Source: Bilabrum cf. latius
Lineage: Eukaryota
NCBI GenBank assembly: GCA_965178125.1
Contig: OZ237752.1
Location: 372,001 to 436,000, forward strand
Length of the DNA stretch: 64,000 bases
Direction: 5' to 3'
Shown in pieces: positions 38,791 to 50,700 of the stretch. Numbering within the stretch: the stretch's first letter is position 1; each line of letters begins with the position of its first letter. A program made the translations under genes and the position numbers. Under the pieces are notes generated by a model, which did not search any database, was not told where the DNA came from, and saw only the letters and a program-made list of their open reading frames with translations.

Positions 38791-38929
38791 ACAAAAGTGC
38801 TGGTCCGGATGTAGGAAATGGGCCTAAATTATTCGATTCCAACAAACGTAGGGACTCCAAATCCGATCGGTGGATGGCTCTTTGCGAAGCTTCTCCCTAC
38901 GTGGCGGCCGTGGCTTAGAGCCCTTGATC

Positions 38930-39500
38930 TTAGGACTGAAAGCACAGCAGGTCCGTGTACATCTGGATCTTCTGCCCGGAAAACTCCAGCATGGTCTTGT
39001 CCAGCGCCTTCACGAAGTCCTCGAACAGCACTGGTCCCCTGATCAGCCCGCCCCCTAGTCGCCGCTCCCCGGTCGCTGGCCTGCCCTCCCCGCCCCATTC
39101 GCCCCCCGGCTGAGCCACGAACTGCTGGGCAGGCCTTCAGCCTGCCACATCGCCCCTTCCCAGATCCCATCTCCGACGGCCAGTGTGTCGAAGCAGACGT
39201 ACCCCCGGTCGTACAGCCAGTGCAGCACCTCGACCGGGTCATCGCCTGCGTCCCTCAGCATCGACGGCGTGAACTCCACGCGGATCACCCCGACCCCGTG
39301 TTCCTCGATCAGCCGCCGAGCCCCCAGCAGCACCGCAAAGTCCGCTCCCTGCACGTCGATCTCAAAAAATCCACGTGCTCGTCGATCTGGTCTTCCAGCC
39401 GCACCACATCCACAGGCACTGCGGTGACCCCCCGCCGGCCCTCGGCCTTCAGGCCGTACAGCGCGCTAATCTCGCAGACAGTCACACATGGTTGCAGTTG
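38930..39500 (-). pseudogene. FkbM-family methyltransferase remnant
   Basis: VRLEDQIDEHVDFL/(K)IDVQGAD...G...IRVEF...TDLLCF. Frameshifts near 39362 and ~39055-39120. The 5' part is replaced by the insertion starting at 39533. Ends in TAA. Confidence 0.65.
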
Positions 39501-39532
39501 GTTCCCTCCGAGAGCCCATCCTCAAAGTTACC

Positions 39533-40794
39533 AAAAAAAAAGAAAACTGGCGAGCGCTGCCCCTCAGCGCCCGAATAGCACGCACCCAAATTGCCGCTCA
39601 AGTCTAATTGTGACCTCCCAACTTCCTCATCCGCATGTGGTCGGGTGATCCGATCCCTTGATCCGAGTCACTCGTCACACACATGCCTATTCCCCCACCT
39701 TCCCGGCCTGTGCCTCCCCCTTACCACCCGCCGTATCAACCCGATGATCCCACCAATCATCTCCTCTTCCACTACTCCCTCACCCCCCCCCCCCCCCCTT
39801 CGGTGAACCGTAGCCCCCTCTCCCTCTGCTCCGTCCTCACCTCACCTCACCCGCGCCAACCTCCCTCTCTTCGCCTACCCCTCGTTGCCGCCGCTCCTGG
39901 GCCTCCTCCTCACTAGCCGTTCTCTCTCTCTCTCTCTTTGTGCTTTGATCCGTTCGACCTGCCCAGCGCGATTGCCTCTTGGGGTGGTCGTTGTAGTTGG
40001 GTAGTGTGTGCTTTGACTCAGACATATTATATTCTCTCTCTTTGTGCTTTGACTCAGACATATTATATTCTCTCTCTCTTTGGAGCTGGTGGTCAGGTGG
40101 GAGAGCTGGCAGCGGGAGTTGCGCAGCTAGGAGTGGCACTACAGCAGGCTGGTGGAGCTGGTGGTGCGTAGGGTTTGGATGCAGCTGGAGCGCCAGCTGT
40201 GCCCGCAGTACCTGCTGCAGCTGCAGTAGGAGCTGAGGGTGCAGCACCGGACGAGGCGGCTGATCCGAACGCAATCGAACACGAAGGCATCGCGAACGCA
40301 GATGGACCGCAAGCAGCGCAACTCCCCCACGGAGGAGCGGCCCAGCTTGCGGAGCCCATGGCGTGAGCTTGCTGATCCGTTCGACCTGCCCAGTGCGATT
40401 GCCTCTTGGGGTGGTCGTTGTAGTTGGGTAGTGTGTGCTTTGACTCAGACATATTATATTCTCTCTCTCGCTGTGAGCTTGCTGATCCGTTCGACCTGCC
40501 CAGTGCGATTGCCTCTTGGGGTGGTCGTTGTAGTTGGGTAGTGTGTGCTTTGACTCAGACATATTATATTCTCTCTCTCGCTCCGTTCGACCTACCTGAT
40601 GCGATTGCCCCACGGGGTGGTCGTTGCAGTTGGGTAGTGTGTGCTTTGATACAGATATATCTATTCTCTCTCGCTCCTCCGCATCCTTACGTCGCATCTG
40701 AGCCTGCACCTCGAGCGGGTCCTGCGCCCACCGCGCGACCTCAACCGCGCGACCTCAATCTCAGAGACCTTATAACCTTATTGGCCTCACCAAC
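39533..40794. mobile_element. Non-coding element containing a stack of about 5 head-to-tail, 5'-truncated retrotransposon 3' ends
   Basis: GATCCGTTCGACCTGCCCAG...GTGTGCTTTGACTCAGACATATTATATTCTCTCTC is repeated from 39940 to 40670. 40081-40366 encodes the Ala-rich C-terminus of the retroelement ORF. Confidence 0.8.
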
Positions 40795-41770
40795 TTGTTC
40801 CGGCGCAGTCGCTGACAGCCTTGTCAATCACTGTCGCTTTTGCGATTGCCACACCTCACTGCTATCAACTGATTCAAATCATCCATCGATGACGGCAGTT
40901 TCCTTGCAGTTTTTGGCCCAGCTTCGTACGCAATCACTCGATCGGCCTGAAGGGCGCCGGGCGTGCTGCCTTCGTTCTGTGTCAGCAGTTCCAGTAAACT
41001 GATAACCGCGCGTTCATCACCGACACCTCATCCGACCAGTGGCTCCTTGCGAGCACTGCAGAACCGGTCAGACGCAATGTACATGTGTGCTGGGCAGGTC
41101 TGGTCCTGGTGCCCACTGCATTGCTTGCGAGCTGAGGAGCCCGCCCCAGCGGCTGAGAGGGATCCCAGTTCTGAAAGCACAGCAGGTCCGGGGGGAACAC
41201 CCGTGCCCGAGCCGAAGCAAATACATGTCTCGGCTTGGCCGGAGCGCCGCTGCCCGAGCAGGCTGTTCGCCGAAAGTCGGCTTGGGCGCGTTGCTCAGGT
41301 GCAGTTGCTTGGGGCCCAAGTGGAGCTGACTGCTCGTGCTCCATCGCTGAAATCGTGGCAAATTTGGAACAAAATTGAAATTTTCGGCTTAGGCCTAGAC
41401 ACAGTAGTCATGACTCATGTGCCCAAGTCGAGAGCTCTCCGCCATCTTTCCGGTTCCGCAGCGGTCGTGGCGCCGCACGGAGTCAAAATTCCAAGTAGAC
41501 CACCTCCCTGCCACCTTAACTGATTTCCGAATCTGTTAGCTATCGCCGACAAGCCAACGCTGAAGGAGTGAGTTCTGGTGCTTCATATACGACGAGCTAC
41601 ATTGGGCTTGGGGCGCTTGCAAGGACGAGAGCCGCCAAGTGCGAACCAAGTGAGCTGCTGAAACCGTAGTCCGCATGCGAGGAATGTAGGCCACTCGCCC
41701 CGTAGGGACTCTAGCGTCTGATTGCAACAAGACATCCAGCGCCCTTCATGCGTCAAAGAGCGCAGTACGG

Positions 41771-44700
41771 ATGCTTACCAGCCAAGGGAGAGCACCAGGT
41801 ATGCAGCGTGCTCAAGCAACATCCAAAAGCTTTCTGGGCAAGCCGCCGAGCCTACCACGACCAATTAGACATGCTACACGACAGGCAGCGCGATTGGTGC
41901 TGTACATGCTTGTTCTTGCGCGGTGCGAGGCGAGTTCGCCTTTGAACTACCAGCGAACGGGGGGAGATGACACACCTGGGTGAGAGTATATAGCATCGTC
42001 CGTTAAGGCTTGTGACAGTTTATGTCCAACAACAACACGATTAACACTATACTGCAGCATCTCACCATATCATTGATGATCGTACGGGGTACTCAAGCAG
42101 TGCTTTCGTACCTCAGAGCCCAATTGTTTGTTTGTCACCCAGCTCCTTCCTGCAGTCGGTAGCTAGCCGACCAGCAGACGGAGTACTAGCTGCTAGGAAA
42201 GCGTGAGCTGTCGGAAGCGTCTGGTATACTTCAGGATACCAGGAAGATATCAGACACCCAGGGCGGCTTCACGGGGCAGCTGGATAATCTTGACAGTTTT
42301 GGCTACTCCGTAGCATCTCTTGGGGACCTGGACGGAGACGGGGTGGTAGACATGGCCGTGGGTGCCTATAGCTACAGAGGGGCTATGTGGGTGCTGTTCC
42401 TTCGATCCAACGGCATGGTGAAGTCGCATCAGAAGATATCAGACACACAGGGCGGCTTCACGGGGCAGCTGGATGGTAGTGACTTCTTCGGCAGTTCTGT
42501 GGCATCGCTGGGGGACCTGGACGGGGACGGGGTGGTGGACATGGCCGTGGGGGCTTATGGAGATGATGACGGGGGCTTTGATACAGGGGCTGTATGGGTG
42601 CTGTTCCTTCGATCCAACGGCACGGTGAAGTCGCACCAGAAGATATCAGACACCCAGGGCGGCTTCACGGGGCAGCTGAGTAATGGTGACAACTTTGGCA
42701 TTTCTGTGGCATCGCTGGGGGACCTGGACGGGGACGGGGTGGTGGATATGGCCGTGGGAGCGAAGGGAGATGATGATGGCGGATCTAATGCAGGGGCTGT
42801 ATAGGTGCTGTTCCTTCGATCCAACGGCACGGTGAAGTCGCATCAGAAGATATCAGACACACAGGGCGGCTTCACGGGGCAGCTGGATAATGGTGACTAC
42901 TTCAGCAGTTCTGTGGCATCGCTGGGGGACCTGGACGGGGACGGGGTGGTGGACATGGCCGTGGGGGCGATGTTCGATGATGATGGGGGCTCCAATTCAG
43001 GGGCTGTATGGGTGCTGTTCCTTCGATCCAACGGCACGGTGAAGTCGCATCAGAAGATATCAGACACCCAGGGCGGCTTCACGGGGCAGCTGGATAATGG
43101 TGACTACTTCAGCAGTTCTGCGGCATCGCTGGGGGACCTGGACGGAGACGGGGTGGTGGACATGGCCATTGGAGCGAGTGGTGATGATGATGGGGGCGTG
43201 AATCCAGGGGCTGTATGGGTGCTGTTCCTTCGATCCGACGGCACGGTGAAGTCGCATCAGAAGATATCAGACACCCAGGGCGGCTTCACGGGATAGCTGG
43301 ATAATAGTGACAACTTTGGCAGTTCTGTGGCATCGCTGGGAGACCTGGACGGAGACGGGGTGGTGGACATGGCCGTGGGAGCGAGGTCAGATGATGATGG
43401 GGGCTCCAATTCAGGGGCTGTATGGGTTCTATTCCCGCATCATATTCCGTTGACACCGTCGCCATAGTGGTACGTCGGGCTATCCGAGGACGAGTACGTG
43501 GTGGATCCTGCCAGCGTGCCTGCGGGGTGGTCCCTTGCGACGGAGGCACACGTGGTTGATGGGACCCCGTACGACGACGCAGAGGCAGTGTTGCCTGAGT
43601 CTGGCGGCAACCGTTCCGTGCACCTGGAGCAGTCGGGGTGTGCCTCCGCCCGCGCGTTGCTCCCCATGGGGTACCTGCAGGGCGACGTGGTGGCCACCCT
43701 GCGCTTCAACTGGATTATTACTGCCTCGGAGCCGGCTGCGGAGCTGCACTTCATGCTGCTGGCTGGCAGTACTTTGCTGGCCGGGGAGTAGGCCACCTCT
43801 CGGGGGGTGGGGTAGTCGATCTCCCTGCGTGCGGCTGGGCTGGATGGCACTCGGCGCATTGACCTGCTGGTGCGGCTGTGGCCCATCAGCGCCAACTACT
43901 ACGGGTGTCCAGGGGAGGGCCCTCACATCGTTCGGCAGCCTCCTTATCGATCCACCTCGTGCGGGGTGCTGCCGCGGTCCAACTGCACCCTGGCGATCGG
44001 CGGCAGCACCTCGGCTACTGTGCGGATCGCGCCCCAGAGCATCAAGGGCGACGACGGGGGCGGAGAGGAGCTGACAGGCGTTGACCTGCTGTCCATGGCG
44101 GGCGCAGATCTTGTGTTCGGGTTCAACGGCACGGGGTGCGGGGAGGCTGGCGAGGCATGCGCAGCAGGTGCGCGGGCCCTTGGGGCCAACTGCACGGACA
44201 TCATGGGTCTCCCTGATGCTGGCGTGGGCTGCGGCCTCCGTGGGGTGGATCGGCTGTGGGTTGGGTCAGAGCAGGAGTCTGCCCTGATTCGAAGGCGGGG
44301 CTCGGGGCCACATCGCGTACTCGCGTATCCGGATGTGGCTGGAGGAATGCCGGCGGCCGCGACGGAGCTACGACATCAGAAGATATCAGACACCCAGGGC
44401 GGCTTCACGGGGCAGCTGGATGGTAGTGACTTCTTCGGCAGTTCCGCGGCATCGCTGGGGGACCTGGACGGAGACGGGGTGGTGGACATGGCCGTGGGGG
44501 CAATGTATGATGGTGATGGAGGCAATGGTAGAGGGGCAATGTGGGTGCTGTTCCTCCGATCCGATGGCACGGTGAAGTCGCATCAGAAGATATCAGACAC
44601 CCAGGGCGGCTTCACGGGGTAGCTGGACAATAGTGACTACTTCGGCAGTTCCGCGGCATCGCTGGGGGACCTGGACGGAGACGGGGTGGTGGACATGGCC

Positions 44701-47700
44701 GTGGGGGCCTATCTGGATGGTGATGGGGGCTCTGGTAGAGGGGCAATGTGGGTGCTGTTCCTTCGATCCGACGGCACGGTGAAGTCGCATCAGAAGATAT
44801 CAGACACTCAGGGCGGCTTCACGGGGCAGCTGGATAATTTTGACAACTTCGGCAGTTCCGCGGCATCGCTGGGGGACCTGGACGGAGACGGGGTGGTAGA
44901 CATGGCCGTGGGGGCCCATCTAGATGATGATGGGGGCTCTGGTAGAGGGGCTGTATGGGTGCTGTTCCTTCGATCCAACGGCACGGTGAAGTCGCATCAG
45001 AAGATATCAGACACCCAGGGCGGCTTCACGGGGCAGCTGGACAATAGTGACAGATTCAGCAGCTCTGTAGCATCGCTGGGGGACCTGGACGGAGACGGGG
45101 TGGTGGACATGGCCGTGGGGGCCTATGGAGACGGTGATGGAGGCAATGGTAGAGGGGCAATGTGGGTGCTGTTCCTTCGATCCGACGGCACGGTGAAGTC
45201 GCATCAGAAGATATCAGACACCCAGGGCGGCTTCACGGGGCAGCTGGATAATGGTGACATCTTCGGCTATTCTGTGGCATCGCTGGGGGACCTGGACGGA
45301 GACGGGGTGGTGGACATGGCCGTGGGGGCCATGTTTGATGGTGATGGGGGCTCTGGTAGAGGGGCAATGTGGGTGCTGTTCCTCCGATCCGACGGCACGG
45401 TGAAGTCGCATCAGAAGATATCGGACGTCCAGGGCGGCTTCACAGGGTATCTGGATGATGATGACTTCTTCGGCATTTCTGTGGCATCGCTGGGGGACCT
45501 GGACGGAGACGGGGTGGTGGACATGGCCATTGGAGCGAGTGGTGATGATGATGGAGGCTCTGGTAGAGGTGCGGTGTGGGTTCTTCTTATGAACAGTAGC
45601 CATGCGGCTCAAACCCAACACCCCTAGATCTCACAGTCGTTGCCACCCATCCCAGCACATACCGTAGAAGGCTTGGCAGCCAGACTGCAGGGAGGTGCGT
45701 GCTCTTTGGAGTCCTCGATTGGAACTTTCAGTGCCAGCGATGCTCCAGTAATCGTGCTGGAAGCATCGTGTGACTCGATGGCATCTGGCGGGGCTGGCAT
45801 GCAACACGCAAGCCAGGTGTACCACTCGTGGCTCTCTCGAGGAGGTTATCGCATAAGGATGGGTGTCGGGTACGGATCTAGCACGCCGTCCCTATCCGAG
45901 CCTGGCACCTCCCCAGATGCGGTCCTACTGCAGGGGAGCGCAGTGTGCTCCCTTGGGGACTCGAGGCAGGGCGATGGCAGTCTGGCGCTGCTGGTGGGCG
46001 ATGCATTCTCCGGGCGCGTTGGAGTGGCCACGGTTGCGGCATCTAGCCCTGGGAGCGGATCCAAGCCGCCGCTGCAACTGCTCCGCAATGACACGGTGCA
46101 CGAGGGTCCGTCATCCACAGGGGCAGCGGTTGCCTGCATGGGTCGAGCGCTCCTGGGCGGCACGTGGCTGCACGACCACGTGGCGGCTGCGGGCGCTCCT
46201 CTAGAGGACGAGGTGAGGCTGCTGTCGCTGAGCAGAGAGGGATAGGCGTGGTCGGGGCGGGTCCTTACCACTTTGGAATCTCCGACTGGGAGCACGGGCG
46301 ACAGCTTCGGGGCGGCGGTGGAGTTCCTGGGGCCTCTGCGGCTGGAGGGGCAGGAGCCCGATGTGTCCGCTGGGGAGGTAGGGGGCGAGGTGTCGCTGCT
46401 GGTGGGAGCGCCGGATTGGGCCGACGGGTCATCCGGCGGGGGCCGCTTCGGTGCCGTGGTGATGATGCATCTGGCCGTGATAGGGGACACAGGAGCGCCG
46501 GACCGGCTCTCATTCACAGTGGCAGGGCACCATCTTGTGTCTCCAGCGCTGATGCCGCTGCGACTGGACGGCCGCTGGCCCCTTCTGTTCGAGGACTCGG
46601 CCTTCGGAGCCGCTGTGGAGCTGCTCGGCTTTCGAGATGACGGAACAGTGGTCTTCTACGCCGGGGCACCAGGGTACAATGACTCAGCGGGGGCAGTTGC
46701 GAGGGTGCAAGTGGACCTGCACTCCCGGCTGGGTCCGCTTGGGAATGCATCCGCCATCGTGGAGCGGTTGCACGCAGCCGATTCACTGCACGGGCAAGAG
46801 CCTGGGTCCCCTCCGCCCACCGGCGTGGGGCCCTCATGCCGCCTGGGTACGGCGCTAGAGACCACGGTCGGAATGCAGAGCGACCTGGCCACGCAGCAGG
46901 TGCACCTGCTGGCCGCTGCCCCTGGCTGTAGCGGGCGCAGCCTAGTGCGCATGGAGGCGTCCACGGCCAATCTGAGCTCCACACCACCCTGGATGCGGAT
47001 GGTGGACCAGCAACGCGCGCGTGCGCTGGACTGCGGAGGCACTGCCGGCATGTGTGCTGCCCTCAATGCCACCCTGGTTGCGAGCTCAGGTGGTGGCGGC
47101 TGGCCGCCTCTCGACCCCACCAGCGCCGCAGCTCTCGGGATCGCTCCTGACACAGACGCTGCGATTGCCGGGGCCAATCTCACGTGGGGCGGAGACGCCA
47201 TCATGCGACACTTGGCGCAGGCAGGTTGCTTGCTTACGGAGGGACTGCTCGGGGGCCAGGCGGCGGGGGCTGGCCAAGGGGGGCTACCTCACGAGGACAT
47301 CGCCTGGGTGGGTCCAGCAGCCAGATGCAGCGCGGTGCATGCAGGCCGTGCCAACGATGCGATCGCCGTGGTGCTTCGGCGACCTGTGTATTTGCCTCGA
47401 CCATCGGAGCTGGGCAGGGCACAAGAAGCAGCCCACGTCTGGGTGGGTGGTGTGCCCTGCGCCACCGCCAGCCTGCACGCCGGCAGAGGCACCACCATCG
47501 TGCAGTGCAATCCAGCGCGGGCGCTTCTGCCTGGACTGGCCGCGGTCGTGATTCGGTATTCAGATGGGCGGTGGTCAACGGATGACGGGCAGGAGGGCGC
47601 CGCTCTGGTCCAGAGAGAGGAAATGAGCTCAGGATAGGATCCGTGCGAGAGGAGGATCCAGCTGGCGGCGAGGCGGGACGTGGAAGCTGCAATAGGTACC

Positions 47701-50700
47701 GCCAATGCCAGTGCCAGTGCCAGTGCCAGCGCCTTGCCGTGCCTGGCTGTGGGCGTGCTGGGTCCGCTGAGGCTGCTGCGGTCGGGTGGCTGGGGGCCGC
47801 AGGTGGGGGCGGGGGATGTGCTAGCTGCTGCTCCCGTTGGCGATGGCTGGGATGCAGGCGGGGGCTGGGATGCGGCACTGGGAGGGGCTGGTACTCTGCT
47901 GACGGAACACTCCGACGACTTGTATCCGTGGACAAGCCTGGCGAATGCATCCGTTACTAGCAGTCGGCAGATCGTACGTGCTCACGTGGGGCCGTTTGGG
48001 TGCGATGCCGCCGGGCGCTCTGGGTTGGCAGCTGTAGGTAGTGCCGCACCCACGACCCTTCGGTGCAACTTGGGCGCCGACGGGTCGGGGGGTCCGTTCG
48101 CGATGACGGCGTCGCTCCCGGGCTTGGACTGGCTGGAGACAGCTCAAATCGCGGTGGAGGACGAGACGGCCGCTGCCCCTTCAGAAGCGGGCGGCATGCG
48201 GGCTGCCTGGGTCTCGGTGCCAGATGCTACGGTGCAGTCGGTGATTCCAGCGGTCGTGCGCATCACCACGATGCTGGAGACGCACCTGGATCCTTAGTAT
48301 AGACACGATGTCATAGTTCGAGGCACGGGGCTTGCAACGAGTGGAGGGGAGCTGGCTGTGGGGGCAGTGCTGCTCGGTGGCCAGAGATGCGACCCTCTAG
48401 AGGTTGTGTCTACCACGGAGCTGCGGTGCGGGGTACGAGCACATCTGGTGACGTCTGATGCAGTCGCTGTGGTATCGGTTAGCAGCTCACTGGTGAACGC
48501 CGCGAATGAGACCGATGGGGAGACCCGAGGCGCTGCCCTTGCATTGGAATGGAAGCGAGCCATAAACACAACGCTGCAGCCCGTCGGTGGTGCAGGCTGG
48601 TCTTCCTCCACAACCCCAGCCCCCACTGCTCCCAAGACTACCGTGGTGAGCCAGCTGCTGGTCGTGGAAGACCCCACCGTGCTGGGGGCCAGTCCATCAC
48701 TGGTGAGTCCCAGCGGTGGGGAGAGCGTGCAGCTGCTGGGGGTGCAGCTGGGGGCGGGCGAGGGGCGCTACATCGAGTCCGTGGATGTGGACGGCTCGCC
48801 ATGCACCAACGTGACGGTCGAGTCCGACTTCGTGATCCGCTGCACGTTGTCGCCCAGCGAGGGCGGGGCGGGCGTGGTGCGGGTGCGAACCGTGTGGGGC
48901 CGCGACTATGTGAGCGCGGCTGGTGTGCTGCGATTTACCGCTCCAGAGATGGATCAAGTGGTCACGTCGCCACAAAACGTCTACAACTTGCTGAACTCAT
49001 CGTACGAGGTGATCGTCACGGGCCGCCACTTTGGGATCCCGCGGGTAGGGGGCAGCGGCAGGTCAGCCCGCGTGCTGGTGTCGGGTCGGGAGTGTCCGAG
49101 CGTGAGGGTGATCAACGACTCGGCCATTCGATGCAGCGGCCTGTCTCCGCCGTGGACACCTGGCGACTACAGTGTGAGGGTGATCATAGGGAGTCGAGAG
49201 GCCGTGGACCTGACTGCCTTCCCCTTCCAGCCGCCTGTGCAAGTTACCTCGGTGACGCCGGCGGTCGTTCCCGGGGAGGGCGGCTGGATTGATGTACACG
49301 GTGAGGGGCTGGGCTAGTCCCCGCAGGACATTGTATCAGTCACCGTGGGACCATTTGCATGTTCCAATATCGAGATGCGCGAGCTTGGGGTGCGCATTGG
49401 CTGCCTGCTGGCCCCTGGTGTGGGCGTTGGCCACGCGGTGCGGGTGGTTTCAGCCCAGAACGGCGAGAACCTCGAGACAGGGGCACCCACGGTGGGGTAT
49501 GCCGCGCCGCTGATCCAGTCGGTTGCCGTTGTGGGTGGCAGTATCAATGCAAGCTACCCGCGGGCGGTCGCCTACACTGAGGAGCAAGACATGCGACTGG
49601 AGCTGTCAGTGAAGCACGCCGGCTGGAGCCTGACGCAGTGGGAAGCATTGAGCTCGGACGGCCTCGGGGTAGTGCTGCTGGAGGGCCCGGAGTGGAACAC
49701 CAGCTGCAAAGACGTGGCCATTCAGGGCACATCTCCAGCCCTGGGGGATCCATCGGTGGACATGTTGGTCCGCGTGCGATGCTCGGTGCAGGACTGGCGC
49801 ACCGGTGGGCTGGCCATGGAGCTGGCTGGCACAAGCCAACAGCTGGTGGACGTGCGGCTGCGGGTAGGCGGGGAAGCTGCCACGGGGGGCCTTGATGTGG
49901 CAGCCGCTTCGGAGCTGCTGACGACTTCCGTGGCACCAGGCGGCAGCTTATTGCTGGTGGGACGGCCGCGCCTGCAGGTGCTGAGTCCCAGGACGTTCCC
50001 GTCGAATGGCACCGCCGATGCTGTGACCAGCGGGTCGGCGTTGAGGGTGCAGGCAGCGCGCGGAGATGGAGAGTCTCCGTCGGTGCAGCTGGCCGCCCTG
50101 CTGCAGCTGGCGGGGTCTGACGACTGGGAGTAGCGGGGGCCAAACAGCCCGCGAGTGTCTGTGGTGCTGTCCGCAACGGACGCAGTTGCCGTGGCTCCGA
50201 CCCTGGTGGGAGCGGGTGCAGCTGCAGGGCTGATGCAGATCCGGGGGTCAGGTCTGGGGACGGGTCCATGGGCCGTCCGTGGAGTGACGGTCGGGGGCCA
50301 GACGTCCAGGGTGGTTGTGTGGGTGTCGGACAAGGAGCTGCTGGCGTACTGCGAGCCGGGAGTGGGCGTGGATGTTGCGGTGGTGGTCGACACACTGAGC
50401 GGCAACTCATCCACAGCGGCGGGGGCCGGGTCGGGTGGTACCGGGTTGCCATCGGCATCTCAGCACGTGGTGAGCTACGCGGGACCCAGTGTGGAGGATG
50501 TGCTGCCTGCGTACAGCATCATGGGGCCGGATGTCTCGGCCGACTTCACCATCCATGGGCTCCACTTCGGCTTCCGACAGACCGACGTGGAGGCGGTGTT
50601 TGTGGGTGGCCAGCCATGCGGGAGCATTCGGTGGAGGTCCAGCACGCGCATCGATTGTGTGGACGTGTAGGGTTCCAGCTGGCCTGCGGGCAGTCTGGTG

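Noticed and set aside
42802-42804. TAG at a Trp position of one FG-GAP repeat, suggesting UAG=Trp
   Set aside because: A single case, explained by a TGG>TAG point change. Many more TAGs align with Gln/CAG.
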